This document shows positions 48,464 to 48,734 of a stretch of DNA of 48,734 nucleotides, in pieces. A model generated the notes under the pieces. It ran no database searches and had not been told where the DNA came from. It worked only from the letters and a program-made list of their open reading frames with translations. Position numbers and translations under genes: made by a program. Origin of the DNA: Candidatus Hydrogenedentota bacterium (GTDB lineage Bacteria > Hydrogenedentota > Hydrogenedentia > Hydrogenedentales > SLHB01); contig BTWA01000029.1 of NCBI GenBank assembly GCA_045863295.1, forward strand, positions 1-48,734. The letters run 5' to 3'. Each line of letters opens with the position of its first letter. Position 1 is the stretch's first letter.

Positions 48464-48734
48464 ATGATAGTCGAGATCCGCACACAGGCCCAATTGGACT
48501 CAGCACTAAAGGCGGGCCACGGGCTGAATTTTGTCAAAGGTAAATACTCATTTTCGATCACCGGCTCGGATGATCGCGAGATTGTTGTACAGGCAAATGT
48601 CGAGGTTGAGATCGTCGCGAGGGACTCCAGCCAGCCGCGCATCGACGCGAGGGACTCCAGCCAGCCGCGCATCGACGCGTGGGACTCCAGCCAGCCGCGC
48701 ATCGTCGCGAGGGGCTCCAGCCAGCCGCGCATCG
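48464..48734 (+). CDS. Phage protein with 10-aa tandem repeats I(V/D)A(R/W)(D/G)SSQPR; 3'-partial
   Basis: ATG at 48464 after GAGGGG; MIVEIRTQAQLDSALKAG...; frame open to the window end. Confidence 0.8.
   Translation, partial: MIVEIRTQAQLDSALKAGHGLNFVKGKYSFSITGSDDREIVVQANVEVEIVARDSSQPRIDARDSSQPRIDAWDSSQPRIVARGSSQPRI
48611..48734 (+). repeat. 30-bp coding tandem repeat, at least 4 units
   Basis: Units start at 48611, 48641, 48671, 48701 and 48731 (partial). Confidence 0.97.

Larger units (their letters stand above)
42689..48734. mobile_element. Prophage or integrative element; continues beyond the window
   Basis: att site, tyrosine integrase, divergent HTH pair, CII-like, Xis-like, DUF2786 and tightly packed small ORFs. 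Confidence 0.92.

Overview
GC-rich Gram-negative bacterial chromosome (lpxK, lipoproteins and a Tat substrate are present; the gene set is reminiscent of Candidatus Hydrogenedentes or Planctomycete-like organisms, an unverified inference). Most of the window is housekeeping, envelope and carbohydrate genes: a GAF-GGDEF cyclase, bcp, HDOD, a MoxR-DUF58-transglutaminase operon, hemE, a GH129-like hydrolase, a PfkB kinase, dprA-lpxK, two CgeB-like glycosyltransferases, a PPTase, a sulfatase-like lipoprotein, ugd, a 2510-aa malectin/Ig/beta-propeller lipoprotein, DUF1080 and Gfo/Idh/MocA. Three accessory zones stand out. Two islands (~1860-5745 and ~19740-22720) hold Rhs toxin fragments and small AT-richer immunity-like ORFs, and both are punctuated by the same REP-like palindromic elements plus local direct repeats. 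From ~42690 to the window end lies one end of a prophage or integrative element inserted in a tRNA 3' end: integrase, two membrane genes, a CI/Cro-like switch, CII-like, Xis-like, DUF2786, and a 10-aa tandem-repeat protein whose repeat units vary only at adenines. All family names come from motif recognition by eye; no database searches were run.
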